Positions 60,003 through 64,000 of a stretch of DNA of 64,000 bases are shown here, piece by piece; the stretch's first letter is position 1; each line of letters opens with the position of its first letter. Where the stretch lies: positions 224,009 to 288,008 of the forward strand of contig JABLTJ010000001.1 in the NCBI GenBank assembly GCA_013166775.1, in the 5' to 3' direction. The notes beneath the pieces are model-generated. The model saw nothing but the letters and a program-made list of their open reading frames with translations, ran no database searches and had not been told where the DNA came from. Origin of the DNA: Promethearchaeati archaeon. GTDB taxonomy: Archaea; Asgardarchaeota; Heimdallarchaeia; Heimdallarchaeales; Heimdallarchaeaceae. The position numbers and the translations under genes are program-made.

Positions 60003-62747
60003 ATGTTTTTATATTCTTGTTTAGTTGAATTTGTAGACTTAATAGAACAACTTGCTCAAGTGATGAACATGAAGGATTCCAAGAATCGATATAACAAGAA
60101 AAGGAATCCCTCATACTCATCAGATTCTGAAGCAAACGAACGAATTACGAAGTCTTGGATAAAATCAATTATATCTTATATTGTCACTTTAATTGTAGGA
60201 TTAACAGCTTTTTTCTTCCTTTTTCCAGAATTAATCTCCAAAATTTTTCCTTCTTTCTCTCTAGCTAGTTCTTCTTTTATCACCAAATTAAGGGATGCAT
60301 TAAGTACTCCATTGCTAAGAGTAATTTTGAGTATAGGGTTGATTATCCTCCTCATACTAGTTCTCTGGAACTATTCTCCTTATGTCATAACTAGTAATAA
60401 AGAAGTGTTCTGTCAGCGAAAGGTATTTTTCCCATTTTTTTGTAAAGTCAGCAGTATTTTACTAGTTTCTCAAGTAGAAAGTGATAACACAAATAGACAA
60501 TACTATGCTTTTAAAATACATGAGAGTTTCAGTCAATCGTTAGCTTTCAACATTAGTCATATTCAAATGGCAATATCAAACTTCGAATCCATTGTTAGTA
60601 TATACTTTATACTTACACTGAAAGGTTTTGTCAGAAAGAATCTTGTAAAAAGAATACAAAAGAATTTGTTATTTCTTTCCAATTCGCTTAACACTTATTA
60701 TGATAGTTCTAGTGAGATTCTAACTTTTGAACAGACAAGGTTGCTATTTCAGAATCTTAAAGAAATGAAAATCAAAAACCAATTAGATATTTCATCCACA
60801 GAAGAAATCGATCTAGATGTACCAGAACTATTATACAAGACAATCTCAAATGAGAATTTATCGAATATCACTTTGTTATTAGATGTAAAGAGAGAGAAGA
60901 AGAAATCTACCAATTTCTTCTTGCAATTACATTCCCTTTCCAATGATAAACAAACTTTAGAATATTTTACTAGTGCAACAGGTTTCACCAAAAAACATCG
61001 AATATCAAGAGTAAAGAAAAGGCTAACAATTTTATCTGAAAAACTGAAAAATTACCTGCATCTACCTTTTGATTATCAAGGATCTGTTTTTGTTTTACAG
61101 CCAAGGAGAAAGAAAACCTCCCAGCATCAACAATCTGTTCTTTTGGGGTATGAGTACAAAGGAATACTAACAGATGAGATCTTTATTGATGTTGGAGAGT
61201 TGCTCTACAATGTTGAGATTTATGGTATGATAGGAAGAGGGAAAACACGTTTAGTTAGCAGCATGATTGATCAACTCATAAGTTTCGAAACTCCATGTTT
61301 AATTTTTGATATCAAGGGGGAATATGCTGCTACGTTTGTAGATGATCCCAACGTGGAAATTTATACAATAGGAGAACCCCATCCATTATGCATAAATTTG
61401 TTTGACACTAAAGACGAAGACGATGTACGGAGCACTCTCTTAATCATTGAAGAGATGATGGTAACTTCCAATCAAGAATTTAGTGCGTCTATGAAGAATC
61501 TCTTTGAAACAGCTCTGTTCTTAACACATACAGCTGTTGAAAGAACCTTAGAAACTTATGTTGAAAAGTTGATTACTCTTGCAAAGGAAACTCGTCATAT
61601 TGCTTCAATTCAACACACTCTAGATGCTGTTCTAAACAGATTAAATTTTATCTTCAATCCAATCAGTTTTGAGATACTTGGGGTGAAAGAGAATAATCTG
61701 GACTTCGAATTATTAGAGAAAGGAAAAAGCATTATTCTTGATTTAAGTCAATTTCAAAAACGAGCTGCTAGACCTTCTGATATTTATCTTGTCTGTAATC
61801 TCATACTGAAAATGTTTTATCGTTATGTTAATTCAAAAAATAATGCAGACCAAGGTTTACAGTATGTAGTGGTTTTAGAAGAAGCTGTTAATATTATCCC
61901 TCAATTCTATAACACACCGAGTTCTGCAACTCTGATAACTGCTGAAAATAATTTCTTACTTGGGAGAAGTTTGGGGATTGGACATATTACAGTCTCACAG
62001 TTATGGACGAGTGTAAGTAATATTGTTCATGGCAACTCATCAACCAAGATAGTTTTTCGATCAGGTCAAGGAGTAGAGAAAATTGCTGATGCATTAAATC
62101 TTCAAGAAGAACAGCACAAACGTATTCAACAACTTCCTATTCGAAACTGCTTCGTTTGGATAGATGGTCAAGACCAAGCAATTGAGATGACAACTGCAGA
62201 TTTTACACTTAATCCTCTCAACTATACACTTTATATTCAAATTCTTAAAAGAAAATATCCTTCCTTTGTTTATCCCAAATTGTATAACAGTTTTATTGAT
62301 ATGCGAACCACACTTTATGCGAATCTTAGTAAACAAACAAACCAAAACAAAAAACGAAAATCAAACATAAACAAAAAATCCCAAAATAAGGAGATTAAAG
62401 GTAAGTCTCCAACTGCTGAGAAAACTTCTACTAAACCATCAACAGAAGTATTTTCCAAAGAAAAACAAGAAGAGAAAGATGATATTTGTGACACTTTTTG
62501 TTCATCAAATAGAAATAAAGAAGCCTGTATAAGCAGTAAGAAGAATGCACAACTCATTTCTTCAATTATATTAAAACGATACTCTAGCTTTGAAATTGAG
62601 CAAGCCATTCTTGGAAACTCACATACAACAATAGAAGATTTACTCAATAAAGTTATTTTGGAGAAAAAGTTAGAAAATACTGAACAGGTGCTTTTCTGTT
62701 CTCAAAGAGAATTAACTAATCATTTAATGAGTAAAGATTTGTCATAA
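60003..62747 (+). CDS. Membrane-anchored HerA/FtsK-superfamily (TraD/VirB4/DUF87-like) ATPase
   Basis: Two N-terminal TMs, GMIGRGKT, IFDIKGEY, VVLEEA, GRSLG...SQ, N..TKIVFR; start uncertain (60062-60069 likely). Confidence 0.82.
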   Translation: MFLYSCLVEFVDLIEQLAQVMNMKDSKNRYNKKRNPSYSSDSEANERITKSWIKSIISYIVTLIVGLTAFFFLFPELISKIFPSFSLASSSFITKLRDALSTPLLRVILSIGLIILLILVLWNYSPYVITSNKEVFCQRKVFFPFFCKVSSILLVSQVESDNTNRQYYAFKIHESFSQSLAFNISHIQMAISNFESIVSIYFILTLKGFVRKNLVKRIQKNLLFLSNSLNTYYDSSSEILTFEQTRLLFQNLKEMKIKNQLDISSTEEIDLDVPELLYKTISNENLSNITLLLDVKREKKKSTNFFLQLHSLSNDKQTLEYFTSATGFTKKHRISRVKKRLTILSEKLKNYLHLPFDYQGSVFVLQPRRKKTSQHQQSVLLGYEYKGILTDEIFIDVGELLYNVEIYGMIGRGKTRLVSSMIDQLISFETPCLIFDIKGEYAATFVDDPNVEIYTIGEPHPLCINLFDTKDEDDVRSTLLIIEEMMVTSNQEFSASMKNLFETALFLTHTAVERTLETYVEKLITLAKETRHIASIQHTLDAVLNRLNFIFNPISFEILGVKENNLDFELLEKGKSIILDLSQFQKRAARPSDIYLVCNLILKMFYRYVNSKNNADQGLQYVVVLEEAVNIIPQFYNTPSSATLITAENNFLLGRSLGIGHITVSQLWTSVSNIVHGNSSTKIVFRSGQGVEKIADALNLQEEQHKRIQQLPIRNCFVWIDGQDQAIEMTTADFTLNPLNYTLYIQILKRKYPSFVYPKLYNSFIDMRTTLYANLSKQTNQNKKRKSNINKKSQNKEIKGKSPTAEKTSTKPSTEVFSKEKQEEKDDICDTFCSSNRNKEACISSKKNAQLISSIILKRYSSFEIEQAILGNSHTTIEDLLNKVILEKKLENTEQVLFCSQRELTNHLMSKDLS

Positions 62748-63098
62748 AATTTCTTTAAAAAAACCAATATAAAAATAACACATTTCCAACATTATTCTCC
62801 ACTTAATTTTGATTACAAATATCTTTGAATAAATTAAAGCAATATAATGGAGCTAGCAATTAATTTCCTTTAAACTGAAGGTGTATTAAAGGTAGTAAAG
62901 CTAGCTCCAGAGATAGTAAGAATTATTAATTATTTAATCCTTTCATTATTAGCAATTTGTTACTTTATTGCTTATTTTATCACTTTTGGAAAATCTTAAC
63001 ATAAATTTGAAATATTCGTAGATAAGATTTAAATATCTGTAAAGATATAACATTACGATTCGATTTTTCGAATCATAATTGAACGGAAGGTGTATTAA

Positions 63099-63707
63099 TT
63101 GGTAGTAATAAGACGAACGAGATCTATCTTAGTTTTAACACTTTTAATTATTTCATCTATAGTAATAACAAGTACAATGAACACATTAGCTACTGATCCA
63201 AATGAAGTTGATGTAACAATAGTATTTTACAAACTTAAATGGTTTACTCAAGATTCAGATGCTGGTAAAGGAGATATATATTTCACGATATCACACTCAA
63301 CAACTCAAACATCAGGTGTTGCTACAAATGATTATGAAGATGGTCCATCTGCAGAATATGTATTGAATAATAATGATTTCGATGGTAGTGGATATTATGA
63401 CAAAGAGTATAATAACATTCGACTTAATGTTGGACTATTGGATTGGATAATTATAGTCTGGGATGAAGATAATGGAGATGATGCATTACTTTTTGAAGCA
63501 AGGTTAACTGTCAAAGATACAGATACTACTGGAATAAGACAATTCAATGATGTATGGACTTATGCTGAATGGGATTTTCCGTATATTGAAGTTGAAACAT
63601 ACGAAAATAGCTATCTGAAATTCGATTGGTTAGACGGAAGAAGGAAATCTTATGGCAATTACTATAATGGTTTAATCCTTAAGGTAACATTGGATTATCA
63701 TACATAA
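63099..63707 (+). CDS. Secreted hypothetical protein
   Basis: Basic-hydrophobic signal peptide, acidic beta-rich body (VWDEDNGDD). Confidence 0.65.
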   Translation: MVVIRRTRSILVLTLLIISSIVITSTMNTLATDPNEVDVTIVFYKLKWFTQDSDAGKGDIYFTISHSTTQTSGVATNDYEDGPSAEYVLNNNDFDGSGYYDKEYNNIRLNVGLLDWIIIVWDEDNGDDALLFEARLTVKDTDTTGIRQFNDVWTYAEWDFPYIEVETYENSYLKFDWLDGRRKSYGNYYNGLILKVTLDYHT

Positions 63708-63849
63708 AAGTGTTAAACTATCAAAAAAAAATTCAGAATGAAAGGGTAAAAGCTTTTGTTCTTTTTTTTCTTTTTCAATAGATTGTAGAAGGAAGTACAA
63801 AGTAAATAGGCAATATTTAAATTGGTGATAAATATACCTTGGATTTGAG

Positions 63850-64000
63850 ATGATGAAGGGAAAAGGTAGAAATAAAACAGTTCTTTTACTTTTTATACCT
63901 CTTTTATTCTCAACTATAAGTACATTTCTTGTTTATTCAGGGCATTTTAGTAACTACTATGCTAGTTATAACAATCTTTTGCAAACAACATTCCCTGATT
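63850..64000 (+). CDS. Partial secreted protein (5' end)
   Basis: Hand translation MMKGKGRNKTVLLLFIPLLFSTISTFLVYS..., open to the window end; signal-peptide-like. Confidence 0.5.
   Translation, partial: MMKGKGRNKTVLLLFIPLLFSTISTFLVYSGHFSNYYASYNNLLQTTFPD

Larger units (their letters stand above)
53170..64000. mobile_element. Putative accessory/genomic island (right end not in window)
   Basis: Abrupt switch from core genes to orphans, nucleases (NYN, HEPN, PD-(D/E)xK) and a HerA/TraD-like ATPase; possible tRNA-derived att remnant at the left edge. No integrase seen. Confidence 0.55.

Noticed and set aside
349-62647. Numerous 60-150 aa ORFs antisense to or nested in long genes (e.g. 1896-2204, 9295-9654, 51326-51769, 62315-62647)
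   Set aside because: Shadow ORFs overlapping well-supported genes, with Ser/Phe/Ile-rich antisense composition and no motifs.
1-64000. rRNA, intact tRNA, integrase or transposase genes
   Set aside because: No GC-rich structured RNA gene or recombinase motif was recognised by eye; tRNAscan/Infernal would be needed to exclude them fully.

Overview
AT-rich archaeal chromosome segment, almost certainly from an Asgard archaeon (Heimdallarchaeia-like). The evidence is a eukaryote-like actin, an ESCRT-III/ESCRT-III/Vps4/Vps25 cluster, a roadblock protein, a 7TM-longin-like protein, archaeal LeuRS/ProRS/ApgM/prefoldin and GGTGA ribosome-binding sites. Positions 1-53.16 kb hold housekeeping and metabolic genes. 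Unusual architectures there include an A/V-ATPase subunit I with a tandemly duplicated soluble domain, an aminotransferase-SCP2 fusion, a circularly permuted peptide-binding protein, a surface protein with a PPxY tail and a B-box/coiled-coil/PH-like protein near the ESCRT genes. From about 53.17 kb, after a possible degenerate tRNA 3' remnant, the window becomes an accessory island of nucleases and orphan genes. The best candidate for an undescribed system is a compact module at 53.2-56.5 kb. A twin palindromic operator (two identical 24-bp units flanking a TATA box) lies between a Zn-finger protein and an operon encoding a sigma70-region-4-like HTH protein, a small PC4-like protein and a Regnase/NYN-type RNase. 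A tandem-SAP/PD-(D/E)xK nuclease and a small phage-like protein follow. The two outermost proteins both end in canonical PCNA-binding PIP boxes. No rRNA, intact tRNA, CRISPR array, integrase or transposase was recognised. All family calls come from reading motifs by eye, not from database searches.
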